Positions 50,456 to 63,810 are shown, counted from the first letter of the whole stretch. The stretch is DNA of 63,881 nucleotides, filler included, from Intoshia linei (GCA_001642005.1; 5 parts of 5 records of this genome joined end to end with filler, not necessarily neighbours in it), one strand, 5' to 3'. Made by a program: numbers and translations. Notes: generated from the sequence alone by a model not told the origin.

Positions 50456-51922
50456 TGTTAGGGTGTGCACTTTTGACACTTTTTGTTGAATTAAAAAAAT
50501 AATATTTTACTGTGTGTCCCAAATGTTATTTAGAACATAATTATAAAAAAAAAATTACAAAATGCTATTTCCTCCGCCAGAAAATAATTTAATGTTTTTT
50601 AAAAAAAGAAGATAACTTTATTTTTATTAGTTTTGCATTATGCAATAATATAAACAATAACCCATTCAAACTAACAAATTAGTCAACGGGTTGAATGACA
50701 TGCTTTGTTTTGAGCAGAGTGGTGTGTTTGAAATTTTCTAACTATCAAAAAATTACAATCGTTTTTAATTTTAAAATTATTTTAATTATTTTTCAATAAA
50801 GAACATAAACTGTATTATATTATGTTTTGATAGTATGAAATGTACCCGGTAAAATTTTCCAGTTCCCAGTGGAAAAAATCTTAGTGCTGCAGATATTATG
50901 ACGGCGTATATAAAAAAAATCAGGCAACCATAAGCGTAATACGCTTAGCGTATAAGCCTTAAAGTGAACACTGACGGTAACTATGTGCACTAGTACGAAC
51001 CAGTGATACTATTATATATTGTATGTACATATTATGTATTATATAATATATATAATATGTAATATATAACACAGTAATAGTAAATCGCAGTTTACCGAGA
51101 ATATATAACATTCAGATAAAAAAAAATATAGGATGGAGGGTTTCCATCATGATCATTACATGAATAAGGAAAGTTCAATCGCATCGTTTTGTTCGCATTG
51201 AATCGTTTTATATTAATCTGCTGTCTAATTATATTAATTCAAATTAATATACATCTCACAGAATGGATGATAATTGACATTTCTATGAAATATAAATAGT
51301 TTTAAATATTTTTTTTATTTTTTATCAAAATATATAATAAAATCTAGTTATTTAGATAAACTTAAATTTTTCTGATGGAGTATTCTGTGGTGCTAACTAG
51401 GCTACTTGTTTATGGGATAATTTGGACGGATTATAAAATCTAATGGAATTTATTTTTTGGAATTATTTGAATGATTTTTGTTCTAAATTTTACTAATATA
51501 AATAACTAAAAATTAAAATACTGACATATGATGAATACAAAATTTTCAATTTTTGAGCTTAGACACTTTCAATTTCTTCTAATTTACGATCGACTGATTA
51601 AATAAACAATTTGATGGTTAGTCATTCGTTTTCTCACATCGTTAATCTACTAAAAATAATAATAATTGTAATAATAAAAATATAAAATTAATAAGTAATA
51701 AACTACAGTTCGAATTTCTAAAATAATATATATAATATGCGTTTTAAAAAATAGGCGGAGAAAATTTCAATTAATGAATTGATTAAGTCAACGTATTAAT
51801 TTGTGTATATTCGTGATCAACACACAAAAATACACCTATATGCAAATATAATTTTTGTTCTATAAAAAAATGCACACCCTCATATGTATCTATGTATGTA
51901 TTATTATTTTTTATATAATGTA

Positions 51923-52918
51923 CAGTGCCGTGTAAAATAAACTAGCACTTGTTAAAAAATATTACTTCATAAACAATGATTAAATTCGAAAACATTAAAT
52001 ATTTTAAATATACAAATGAAAATAACTCGTACATCCAAATGAGGAGATTTATCTAAGTGAATACTGGAATTGATGCACAATTTTTTAATTGAAATACAGG
52101 CAATTTAAAAATGATAATAAAATGTTGAAATTATGACAATCANTAAGTGAATACTGGAATTGATGCACAATTTTTTAATTGAAATACAGGCAATTTAAAA
52201 GTGATAATGAATTTATTAAAATAAAACAGTCGTGCAAAATAAGCTGGCATGTAAATTAAAATTTACATAAATTATAATAAAATGTTGGAATTGTGACCAT
52301 CAATTATATACAATCAAATAAAATAAATTAATACTTTGTAGAAGCTCCTTTACATTTTATTACTGAATTTATTCTTCGACGTATGGATTCATATAAATTT
52401 TTTATTATGGAAAATTCAATCTTCATCCATTCTTCAACAACGATATCCAACAACCCGGTCAAATTTTGGGGGGCTCTTTTAGACACCTTCCTCTTTAATA
52501 TGAACCACATATTTTCAATAATATTCAAATCTGGACTCTGACTGGGTCAATTCTACAACGTCTCATTATTACTGGTACGTATAAAATCTTTGGTGGAGCG
52601 AGAACGATGACAGGGAGAACCATCTTGCTGTAGTATCATATTGGGCTCATAAATATCCCCCAATTTCGATATTAATATTCGTTGATACTCCTCGGAGTTG
52701 ACATTGCCCGGCATAATTCAATTACACTTGATCCATCAAATTTAATTGCATTCCACACCATTATCGATTTCGAAAATTTTTGTGATTAAGTGACATATTT
52801 GTCGTTATACCTTAAATTTGGTGGTCTACGAACATTTCTCATGTTTTTTCTAGACAAAAAAATTTTTGATTCATCACTAAATACAACTTTGTTCCAATAA
52901 TCGATATTTTTGTTTTTT
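51923..52918 (-). mobile_element. Tc1 element (IR/DR type), defective
   Basis: WNKVVFSDESK...IMVW...QQDGSPCH...SPDLNIIENMW...KGASTKY with internal stops; TA|CAGTGCCGTGTAAAATAAACTAGCA terminus and inner DR at 52227-52249. Confidence 0.88.
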
Positions 52919-53018
52919 NNNNNNNNNNNNNNNNNNNNNNNNNNNNNNNNNNNNNNNNNNNNTTAATTAATTAANNNNNNNNNNNNNNNNNNNNNNNNNN
53001 NNNNNNNNNNNNNNNNNN

Positions 53019-54200
53019 TGGCTCTTGAAATAATCCAAAAATACGTTAATTTCAAAAGTTTTATCGTTCCATATTATAAAAAACAATTCAACCATTTTAT
53101 CGAAAACAACAATGTCTTTCGAAAGCTGAATTTTATTAATATCTGACCGAATATCATTAAAATGTGATTTTGGAATCTTTTTATCGATGTTTATGCAAAC
53201 GTGAGCCCAGAACATAATGATTTTAATATCAATCCAATTTTTTTTTGCAGCAGTTCTGATGGCATCAGATCCATCTGCCACAATGTACGCTGGGGTGAAG
53301 TTAACAATTTTTTTTTGAAGAATACCGAAAACATATGCAAGCGTGGCTTCTGTCTAGTCACTTGATACAGATATAGATATTAAATGGAACTTTCTATCGT
53401 AATCAGTAAATCCACATACAAGTATAGGAAATCCAATCCACAGTAATTTATACGTGGCATCGCAATGAAAAACACCACAACCAGATGCCGTGTCCATCAT
53501 TCTCTTTGTCGAAGATACTATTATAAAAGATTTAGTAGAATTGCTAATTTTAAAATCGAGTACAAATCCCACATCCATGCTGAATTCATTGGGTGTCAAT
53601 TTTGGACAATAAATCAATTCTTTATAAATATCACTCAACGATATAATGGACGGTCCAAACGTATTTTTTTTGTAGTTTGATAGAAAAGTTATAAGTTTTG
53701 ATTTAAGAGGAGACTCGATATTTTTTTTCTTAAATGATAATAAAATCGAACTTGGCATAGTATTTCCAGAATTAAACTCACTATTAACAANAAAGTTATA
53801 AGTTTTGATTTAAGAGGAGACTCGATATTTTTTTTCTTAAATGATAATAAAATCAAACTTAGAATAGTATTTCCAGAATTAAACTCACTAATAACAAATT
53901 CTTTCTTAGTGTCACTGAGACCACGGGCGACAACTTGGAAATTTGTGTGAATATGATTTCCAGATAAAAATATATCGATATCTTCATTATGAGCCAAAAA
54001 GTGGGAATACATTTTGGCATTACAATTCTTAAATTTACATATGTAATATATCTTTCTACCAGAGAAATTATCACTAACTGTATCTTTTGACCATTTTTTT
54101 TCAAGATTCTTCAAATCCTCTATATTTGTAGTATTGTTATATATCCATTTAATATTAACACCAATTTTTTTTTGGCGATAGGTGGCTCTGCATTATTCAT
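53019..54200 (-). pseudogene. MULE (Mutator-like) transposase, disrupted
   Basis: Zn module YICKFKNCNAKM...HIH; FHCDATYKLLWIGFPILVCGFTD; ADGSDAIRTA; MFWAHV; stop and assembly duplication. Confidence 0.85.
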
Positions 54201-55438
54201 TTCATTTGTTTTTGAGTCGGAATAAATAAAATCATGTATATTTTGACTAATAAAATATTTAAAGTAAATACATCTTTATTTTCTGTAAGCTCTATTAAGT
54301 TCCTGTAACTTAATTTAAATTCCTAGTAAACTATTAAAATAATGCAAAAATTCATTAGTTACTGTTAAAATCATTATTCTTATGGTTATTGTTATAAATT
54401 CTCCGGTAATACTCTATTTTTAATGTTTAATACTATTTATTTGATGCTCCATAATTATGCAGCCGTTTTGGAATTGCTCATTTTTCATTTTCTGCTATTT
54501 TAACTATTTTCAACTCTAAATTTTGGGGTCAATTTACATTTACTATAAAAAACTAGTAATTTCACAAGAAAACAAGTATTTTAATAAATTTTTATTGATA
54601 AATATCATATAGCATGATATGAGTTAATAAAGCAAGTGTTCGATTAATGAAACTCTGAACAGTAAACGGTCAAAATTAATAATTAAAACTTTTTTAAGTA
54701 CATATAGATTTGATCCATCTTTTTATATAATTTTTATATCTAATATATATATTATATTATAATATCTAATAAGGATGTCACATCCAATGATGCATATATG
54801 CATCATTCAAAAATTTCAAGATAATTGAATGGTTTATATAGGGCGTAAACCAAAAAAAATAGAAATACTTAAATCCAACCATTTTTAATAACTATTTAGT
54901 TTTACCAACCCTAAAATAAAAAATCTAGTGTTACCAACTATGACATGCTATTCTAAAACACGCTCTCTTTTCATTTTGTGTATTGAATAGTATTGAGTAA
55001 TTAGATTGCTTTATACAATGATGAAATTCCATTTAGTTTACAAAATGTCACTCTGTATGTTTATCAAGCTTTACTTCCTTGTTAATTTATTCCTTCAACT
55101 AATTATTAAACTAACTAAGTAATGTAAAAAAGGTTGGGAAACACTGCTCTAAACTAAAGCCTCTAGTATAAAATTTGATGATAAATAATTTTTAAAAATG
55201 TTTTATTTATTCAAGTGATTTTAAAAACAAGTAAAATAAACAAAACTTTTCATTAAAAAAATCAAAATAAAACGATAAAGTGTGAAACCGATAATTGCAC
55301 CATAAATTTTAATATACATAATTTTCATTTACCACTACATTGTAGTTTTCCGCTCAATGCCCAATGACTACATTGCAATGTAGTCGTTCTCCGTTTACCC
55401 ACTTCTAATTTTTTTAACATGAAAAAAATAGTATAGTG

Positions 55439-55706
55439 TAGGGTCGGCAACCAGTGACCCACTGAACAATTTGGCGACTCTTTGAGTAAACATGTAACTA
55501 TTTAAACACCGTTTTCTACTACAATTGGTTCATTATAATCATTTTAATACTGAATTTTTAAACGCCCTGGATATTATTTTGTTAAATATACTAGAACCGT
55601 TGCTCTGTAATTAAAATGTATTATGTGTAAATTTTCAAAAACGGACCCATACAATTTTTTGATATAAAAAAGTGGCCCACGAGATGCAAAAGGTTGCCGA
55701 CCCCTG
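55439..55706. mobile_element. hAT MITE (same family as 12451)
   Basis: GGGTCGGCAACC ... GGTTGCCGACCCCTG. Confidence 0.75.
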
Positions 55707-55842
55707 GTTAGTGGCATTACAGTCAAAAATTTTAAAACTCATCGGATTAGGTCACTTATAAAGAAGGTTGGACACTAATAGGTTAATTGAAATCGGAACT
55801 GTGCAATGGTTGGTTCTTGAAATTAAAATTATATAAATTTAG

Positions 55843-56661
55843 AGCAGCTCAGGAACATTCTTTGACTGAAAAAAATAATTTGCACAACGACTTGATTACA
55901 GTACGAATAATTAGACTTTGATAATTTTTAATTAGATACAATCTAGATTACAAGATATAAATTCTCACATAGCATTTCCTAGAAAAACCATTATAATTAA
56001 TGACCAACTAAAAGAAATGTTTGGTAATTTCTATATAAATTTCAGTATAGTGCACACTTTTTAAAGTGTCTGGTTGATTAAATGAATCAAAATATGAATT
56101 GTATTGAAATCTGTAATGGTAGGATACTTACTTTTATATTCATTGATCTTGGAGATCTTGATTCCACAAAGTCGAATGTTAATTGAATACTTTGTAATTT
56201 TAGATTTATATATTTTGGTGTTTAATGCTAACTTCTTTTGAATCATTAATAATAATTTTTTTAGTTTATTTTTAGAAAAAACCAAATTCAACCCAAACAA
56301 TATTGACATATTGGAACAAAAAATTGACACATATATGAATCACTTACCTCCTCTTCATAATTTCGTGCTACCCGTAATTATGTATTTTATGTTAATTATT
56401 TTGAAGGGAGGAGGACATTGTGCTGCATCACTTCATATTTGCCGTTCAGTATGCCGACGGGTGGAAAGAGAGTAGGTATAAACATAAAATAATAATATAA
56501 TAATTAGAATGGTTAATTTCTATTTAAACATGGACGTGGATAAGTCGGTTTTTCGATATGTTAATCGATTGAGTGATTATTTTTTTGCTGCTGCCCGATA
56601 TGCTACACATAAAAATAAACGAATAGATGTAATCTATAAACCTGATAAAAATTGGAATTAA
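55843..56661 (+). CDS. MMAB: Cob(I)alamin adenosyltransferase (PduO-type); 5' exons not identified
   Basis: IQSRLQDINSHIA, LPPLHNFVLP|GGGHCAASLHICRSVCRRVER, YVNRLSDYFFAAARY. Confidence 0.88.
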
Positions 56662-56672
56662 ACATTTATTTA

Positions 56673-57272
56673 CTAATTACTTGTGCCGCTATTATCAAAA
56701 AATGAAGGTGAAAATAAAAAAGTTTCCAGATAAATTTGTTGGGTATGTTTATTGGATTCGTATGATTTTCTTATCTTTTGGATATTGGCTTTGTGATAAT
56801 TGGATAAATTATGTTGAATAATATTTCTCATGCACTTGTTAACTTTGATGAATAAATTAGACTGTTTAACAGGTTTATATATTTTTTTCTTTGGTCTGTT
56901 TTTTAAAAGAGGTAATGGCAAATCGTAAACTCTGGGTGTACTGTTGTATTTATCATTAAGAAAATCAAATTTGTTTTTTTTCAAATCTAAAAATTAGTCA
57001 TTGGTAAAATATTAATTTTTACCAGTGCTGACTGATTTTTTCAAAGAATTTGGCACACAGACCTGGGAAATTTTTCTTTGACTATAGAAACAATTTTTGT
57101 AGTCTTTATAATTGTAAAAATAATCAATGGATACATGGTTTTGAGCATTAGCAGATAAATTTTTGACATCAAATACAAGCCATTCTTGCAAATTGGTTTT
57201 TTTTAAAGTACCAGAATATGGAGATAATTTCATTTCAATTAGTTTCGATATTAATAATTTAATTGTGTCAAT
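56673..57272 (-). CDS. Uncharacterised basic protein, at least 2 exons; start unresolved
   Basis: ORFs 57012-57233 and 56673-56984 join through a short GT-AG intron; no recognised domain. Confidence 0.45.
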
Positions 57273-57483
57273 CTAAATCTGATTTTGGTCATTTGAGCTA
57301 TAAAACAATCAACCTTACTGTTAAGACAATTACAATCTAATTAAAACTCAACGCCTTTGTTTTTCGATACGAGTACAAAATTTAAAATTGACAAGTTTTA
57401 ATAATATTTATAGATATTTTGACATATTGAGATCTAATATAAATTCAATTTTTTGCAGGATTATCTTTGATTGAAACAAGTTA

Positions 57484-57906
57484 TTAAACTATTTTGAGCA
57501 GATAGTTTTTTTCAATTCCACATTTATAACATTTTATATGCATTGTTTTATCTAGAAGTCACAAAATAAATGAAAATTTGTTTGTAATATAATACAATAT
57601 ATATTTATAATTATACCTGAAAACAAAACGCTACAATTAATTAAATTAACCAATATCAATTGGCATTTTCGACATAAGGTCCTTTTATGAGAATTCGATC
57701 TATCATAATAATTAATATTTTGACAGAAAAACACATACAATCGGATATTGTTCTTTGTACATAACTTTAACAAATTTACAACATAATAGTGCGCCAACTT
57801 TTCGTTAATTTTGACCGTTTCTTCTGCCAACTAAAAATTTAACAAAACCAGTTAATATTACCATGTATAAATGATAAATTTGACTTTTTAATAAATTTTG
57901 TACCAT
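57484..57906 (-). CDS. RPP21: RNase P subunit Rpp21/Rpr2, 4 exons
   Basis: IYHLYM|LAEE...LAHYYV...NNIRL|SNSHKRTLCRKCQLIL...|DKTMHIKCYKCGIEK; two CxxC pairs. Confidence 0.8.
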
Positions 57907-57996
57907 CAATTTAAGCTAGGTTTAATTTTAAATGATAATCAAATAAATTAAATTTAACTTTATTAAGTTGCGATGTATAAATAGAATGTAATATAT

Positions 57997-58044
57997 GGCG
58001 CGAAATAAATAATCGATTATTGCGTTATACTTTACAATTTCAAA
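57997..58044. promoter_or_regulatory. E2F site and CHR-like element in the RPP21/PRC1 divergent promoter
   Basis: GGCGCGAAA at 57997-58005 in ~80% AT context; TTCAAA at 58039-58044. Confidence 0.5.
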
Positions 58045-58052
58045 ATATAAAT

Positions 58053-60187
58053 ATGAGCGATTCAAATACGGAAGATAACACAAAATGCAATTATGAACAA
58101 GAAAAGTAGAAAATTATACTGATTATAGAATGATATTAATTTAGGTGTATAATAATTGAAAAACTAAAAAGTATTGGAGATGAATTGGTTGCATGCTGGG
58201 AAAACATTTACGGTGAAAGTACAAAATCTATCAATATCCGATGCAAAAATTTTAAAAATTATGTTTTACAAACCTTGGAAGCGATAAAGTTGGACGAATT
58301 TAAGGCGAGGGATACCATTGTATCAAAAATCGAAGATTTGAAAACAAAAATAAGACTTTTGGAAGCAGAATTGTGTAAAGAATCTCATGTAAATATGTAA
58401 ATTATATTTTATATTGATTGAATTATAGGATTTATGTAATGAAGAAAGGGGTCTATTAAAATTTGAACGCGATCTGCTTTATAAGCAATCGATTCTTATA
58501 TCTGAGCGTAAAGAATTGCTGGATCGACAAGAAATGATGCAAAGTGAAGAAAATCAATTATGTATTCAATTAAAAGAAACTCAAGTATATATTCCATCTG
58601 GTGAATTAGCGTCTCAAAGTCAAACTAAGGAAATATTTGACAATATATGCAGATTAAAAAGTTTACGTGATTCACGGCTAATATATGTTAAAAACTGTAG
58701 ACAAAATATCAGAAAAATAAGTGATAATTTAACTGATGCCTATTTTATCAATACAAGCACAAATTGTAAGAGTATAGATTCAGGCCATTCATCTATGGAT
58801 GAACACGATACTTATATAAAACCCGTTATGAAAACATTTAATCAGTTTTTTGATTTAATTCTTAGTATTGCGACTAATGATCAAAGTTTGATAGACTCCG
58901 ACTCTTTTCGACGTTTGAAATTATTGGAATCAAATATACAAAAAATTGAATCAGATAAATTTGAAATTGTCAAAAAACTCACCGATGAAATACAAAGTTT
59001 ATTAAAAAGACTACCTAAGGAAGAAACAGAAAAATACAATATTGGGGACTTAAAAAGTTCATGTGGTCCTAAAACTATTTGGACATTAACTTGCTACAAA
59101 GAAAATTTAATGATACAGCGCAGTAAACATATGGAAAGATTTATTGAGGATATTAGAAAAGATATTTGCGACATATCTAATAAATGTTTTATAAATGACA
59201 ATTCAATATTAAAACTTGAGTATGATAAAATTGTATACTCCGAAATATTCACTGAAGAGGTTTTGATTCAGCATGAAAAAATCCTGAAAGATTTTAATAA
59301 ATACTATTCCGATAATAAATTTTTGTTTGACAAAATATACGAATGGGTAGAAATGTGGGAAACCTTTATAATCCTTGAAGTAATTATTTCTATTACAATT
59401 ACAATCAATTTTAGAGCAAAATGCAAGATCCGTCGAGATTTAAAAATCGTGGAGGAAATCTTTTGAAAGAAGAGAGGGAACGTGTAAAAGTTAAAAATCA
59501 TTTACCAAAGGTATATAACATTGTATCACCATAAATACTTATTTAGTGTGAAAAGAAAATATTAAACATGATAAGCAAATGGGAAGAAGAAAATAATAAA
59601 TCATTTTTTGTGAATAATACAACCTTTAGTGAGTTTATTGAAGATAAAAAAAAACTGTACGAATTTCAAAAAATGGAAACTACAAGACACAGAGTAAATA
59701 TATTTTTAAATTATTTGCAATGTAATGTAGGAGGAAATCAAAAGAAAGAAAACAGAAAATGAATTACTTTATGGAAGTAAATTCTCCACTCCTAGTAAAA
59801 AAATAATCACTAAAGATAACAAAAGAAAGGTAGCATACATTAACTTTAATCGTAATTACACTATTCTAGAAAAATATATTGAAACCTGTATATACTTATG
59901 ATACACCAAAAAAACAAAAAGTATACAATATATGACAATTTAAAATATATATTAGACAACGCAATTTGAATTCAAAACACCTATACCTCGCATAAGAACT
60001 TTACCGACATTAAACAAGGTAGAAAATATATTTTATATATTATTATTTTAGACAAACAGATCAGATCGGAAGAGATGGAAAACTACCCCGAATTTGAAGT
60101 AATTTTTTATAATATTGAAAAATATATTTCATTTAGGAAGCCCTAAGCTCTGGAGGTAAAAAAAAACAAAGTAGTTTTATGAAGTAA
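58053..60187 (+). CDS. PRC1: Protein regulator of cytokinesis 1 (Ase1/MAP65 family)
   Basis: Spliced motif DPSRFKNRGGNLLKEERER...LPK and WEEENNKSFFVN; coiled-coil N-terminal exons; about 10 exons. Confidence 0.9.
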
Positions 60188-60215
60188 ATACACATTTCTG
60201 TTAACATTATTAAAT

Positions 60216-60383
60216 TTATTTATATAAATCAAATTCAACTGGAGGTTCTTGCATTCTCAACGTTTCGTATTTAAAATTTTTGATAACATTTAGTGGATAT
60301 CCCTGGACTGTAGATTCTTTACAAGCGTAACCAATTGTTGAAAATATAACACATCCTAATATACCGTTCCTTAAGCTATTTGC
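60216..60383 (-). CDS. Terminal exon of an unidentified gene
   Basis: Clean TTTTTAG acceptor, open frame NSLRNGILGCVIFSTIGYACKESTVQGYPL...DLYK*; upstream exons not found. Confidence 0.35.
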   Translation of the reverse strand, partial: ANSLRNGILGCVIFSTIGYACKESTVQGYPLNVIKNFKYETLRMQEPPVEFDLYK

Positions 60384-62913
60384 TAAAAATAAAATTAACA
60401 AAAAATGTAAAATTATAATTTAGTGGTTGTCGAAAGGTGAGACGAGGCTGACATTATTCATAACCTTTTATTCACGGGTTACGTAAAACTTGTATAACAT
60501 TGAAATACATTAGCTAATCAATGGAGAAAATTTTTTGACCAAGATAAAACATATCAGTGTTTCTTAAACCAGTGTGTGTATAATTTTCCAGGGAGTTTAT
60601 TTTGTAATATTTTTTTATCCTTTACTTACGTAAATATTAATGTACAGTGTTGATCATAAGATTATAATAATTGTAAAAATTTTATATTTATCGTCATATC
60701 TTTTGTATAACCAAAATAAAATGTTTGTTTTAAATAAGTATTACATCGATTAGAAATATTGTTATGTTTTCAAAATTAATGTACACGTAGTAAGGATGGA
60801 TTTAAGTGCATACCCGAAAAATTGCGTATTTAAAAATATGTATCATAGTGAAGAAATGTTATAATAATACGATTTATCGACCTGCTAGTTACATATATTT
60901 GTTAANNNNNNNNNNNNNNNNNNNNNNNNNNNNNNNNNNNNNNNNNNNNTTAATTAATTAANNNNNNNNNNNNNNNNNNNNNNNNNNNNNNNNNNNNNNN
61001 NNNNNTCCCATAGCAGATGAAGAAATTTCAAAAATAAAAATAAACGTGCAGAACTATAATAATGATAGGATTTATATTAAATCGATATTAGCACCGATTA
61101 CGTGAATAACAAAGAGAAGTTCATATTTTTGTCTAGCTTTCTCTATTTGCTCTATATTATAATCTAATGTTAAAATAACAAAAGATATAACCATATTTAC
61201 AATTTTTTTATAAATTATTATAATTATATGACCAATACTGTATAATTTTTCAGTTGATAGGCCAATGTTCGTTTTTACGAACATCTTTATATTTCCTTCG
61301 TGTTTATTTTTTTTATGTTTTATTAGCTTATATCTTATTAAGGCAATATTATATGAAATATTTATAGATTATTTTTTATTTATCATGTCTAATTTGGTTT
61401 TGGCCGTTAATGGGTTAAAACAAAAGAAAAAAAATTTAATCGTTACGGATTTTTCTGTCCTTGAAATATTTGATATTTGCTTTATTAGATGTTTTTAATG
61501 GTATTCCTCGCTTTCTAACTATTTTTATTAGGGTTGGTAAAATTGGATTTTTCGCTCAAAGGCTGGTAAAAGTAGAATTTTAGTAAAAATGATTGGAATT
61601 TAGTAAAAATGTTTGGATTTAAGAATTCTCATCGTAAAATAATAATTCTAAAATTATATAAAATTTAAAATGTTCTCCTGATCATACGGATCAGTGCTAT
61701 ATAAATAACCTGATTTTTACACAATATTCAGTACAGTTGTCAGTTGTTCAGTCATAGTATTGACTCAATATTAAAACGTATTGTATTTTTTTGATGATGA
61801 TTTACAAAGTAAAGCAATCTACTCCATGTAGTGTACTCCAGGGGTTCTCAAACTTTTTAAACCAACGCCCTATAATAAAAAGAATATAATTTTTATAAAA
61901 TCAATAATAATGGAAAAAAAGGTAAGTAATTTTTATTTATTTCCATCTGATGATTGAGTGATAACTTCTTAATTCTCGGATTTACACTAGTTAATTAATA
62001 AACAATATTTTCTCTTTGATGAAAAATATTTGAGTAGAAGCATTTAAAATATTTTGACCTAGTTCATATGAATTCATGTCTTTTTTTTAAATTATATATT
62101 TTTTTTTAAATTAATCTATTTTTTTACAATAAAAAATTTTAAGAAAACAAACAAAGGTAAAGACGCGGGGGTATTTTGTGACGAAAATAAAAAGATTTAT
62201 ATCATAACGCAGCAAATTAAATGGAGATCATTATCTATATGTCTTATTTAAATCTAAAAAAAAAGTCCAAATTGAAATAGTCTTTTCAGCACATTATAAA
62301 GACATTCATCAAAGATTTTGGAGTTTTCCAGAGAAAAATGAGTTCATTCATTTTAACTTTTTCAATATTCATAAAAATTTCCGTTGCACAAATTTTTAAC
62401 ATAGATCGATTATTAGGAATTGTTGCATCATAAGATAGAATATTAAATTTCACTATGAAATATTGCATTTTTTATTCCAGACAAAATGAATCAATACGTA
62501 TATTTTAATGAAAATGTAAATCTGTTTCATAAGAAATGATAATAAAGTTGTAAACTATGTCCAAAAAAAATAAAAAAACAACGTCTGGAGAAGAAAATTC
62601 CGATAGTTTATGTCCAGGTATATGAATTAAAATGTAATCGTTTATAATTAATGCCTTCTCCAGTAAAGTTTCCACAATTTTGAATTTGGTACGGTCCATT
62701 AGCCACATTTAACCGCATCCAATTATCATACATTTAAAAATATTATTTAAATTTGAAATCACTAATGGTTCGGAAGGTCAGTGAATTTCAACTTACAATG
62801 TAAGTATTCGGGTAGAATATGGTCCACTCATTTGAAAATATTAGTGATGAGAAGGCTTAACAATATTTCAATATAATAACAATAGTGTTAACTGTAAATA
62901 TTTTCAAATATAG

Positions 62914-63493
62914 AACTAAAAACTAATGCATCCATAACCCGTTTTATGAAAAGTCACATTTGTTATGATCTTATGCCCATGAGTGGAAAACTTGTAACGT
63001 TAGACAAAAAATTGGTCATCAAACGCGCATTCTATGCCTTAATGGACAATAGTATTCGCGCTGCTCCTCTTTGGGATTCAATTGAACATGAACACATAGG
63101 TTGCATTTTTCAAATATATTAATCAAGTAATGTAGGAATGTTGACAGCCACGGATCTAATAAAGATAATATTAAAATTTAGTGAAATGAAATTGGTAATA
63201 TATTGTATTGACAATTTATTTTTCTCAAGGTAGAAAATGTAAATAAGAAATGGTTGAAAGCACAAACTATCGAATACTGGAAAGGTTTTTTCTTTTTTCA
63301 AATTTATTTTCTTTTAGAGTGCATCGGATATAAACGCTCGTTTCATTCCATTTCTCCTGAATCCACGTTATATGAAGCCATCGAAATGCTGATTAAATAT
63401 AAAGTACATAGACTTCCTATTACGGATACAGAAACTTCTAATGTTTTGTCTATTATCACGCACAAACGAATTTTACATTTTTTTAATATTTAT
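62914..63493 (+). CDS. PRKAG: AMP-activated protein kinase gamma subunit (partial; continues past the window)
   Basis: FMKSHICYDLMPMSGKLVTLD...AFYAL...IRAAPLWDS...GMLTATDLI; ISPESTLYEAIEMLIKYKVHRLPI...IITHKRILHF. Confidence 0.93.
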
Positions 63494-63529
63494 GTATACA
63501 TTTGTATTATTATTATAAATTATTCTACC

Positions 63530-63810
63530 CCAGGGTCGCAACCAGTGGCACACAGAATAATTTTGGTAGCCCTTTTAGTAAATATGTAAATTATTTATCT
63601 TTCAACTTTTAAATTCCATTTTAAACATTTTCTAATACAATTGGCTCATTTTAATACTGAATTTTCAAATTTCCCCGGATTTTATTTTGTTGAATAGACT
63701 TGAACCGTTTCTCTTAAATTAAAATTGAAATGTATCAGGTGTAAATTTTCAAAAACGAGGCCCGTAGAATATTTTGATATAAAAAAGTGACCCACGAGAT
63801 GTACCACGTA
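63530..63810. mobile_element. hAT MITE copy in AMPK-gamma intron
   Basis: CAGGGTCGCAACCAGTGG... and AAAAAAGTGACCCACGAGATG shared with the 55439-55706 copy. Confidence 0.65.

Noticed and set aside
52053-52210. Direct duplication of ~65 bp around a single N
   Set aside because: Typical unmerged contig-overlap artefact
53684-53895. ~100-bp tandem duplication within the MULE ORF around a single N
   Set aside because: Probable assembly or haplotype overlap artefact rather than real duplication
8200-63493. Non-standard genetic code or non-canonical splicing
   Set aside because: All conserved genes traced translate with the standard code and GT-AG introns; in-frame stops are confined to TE remnants or unresolved 5' ends
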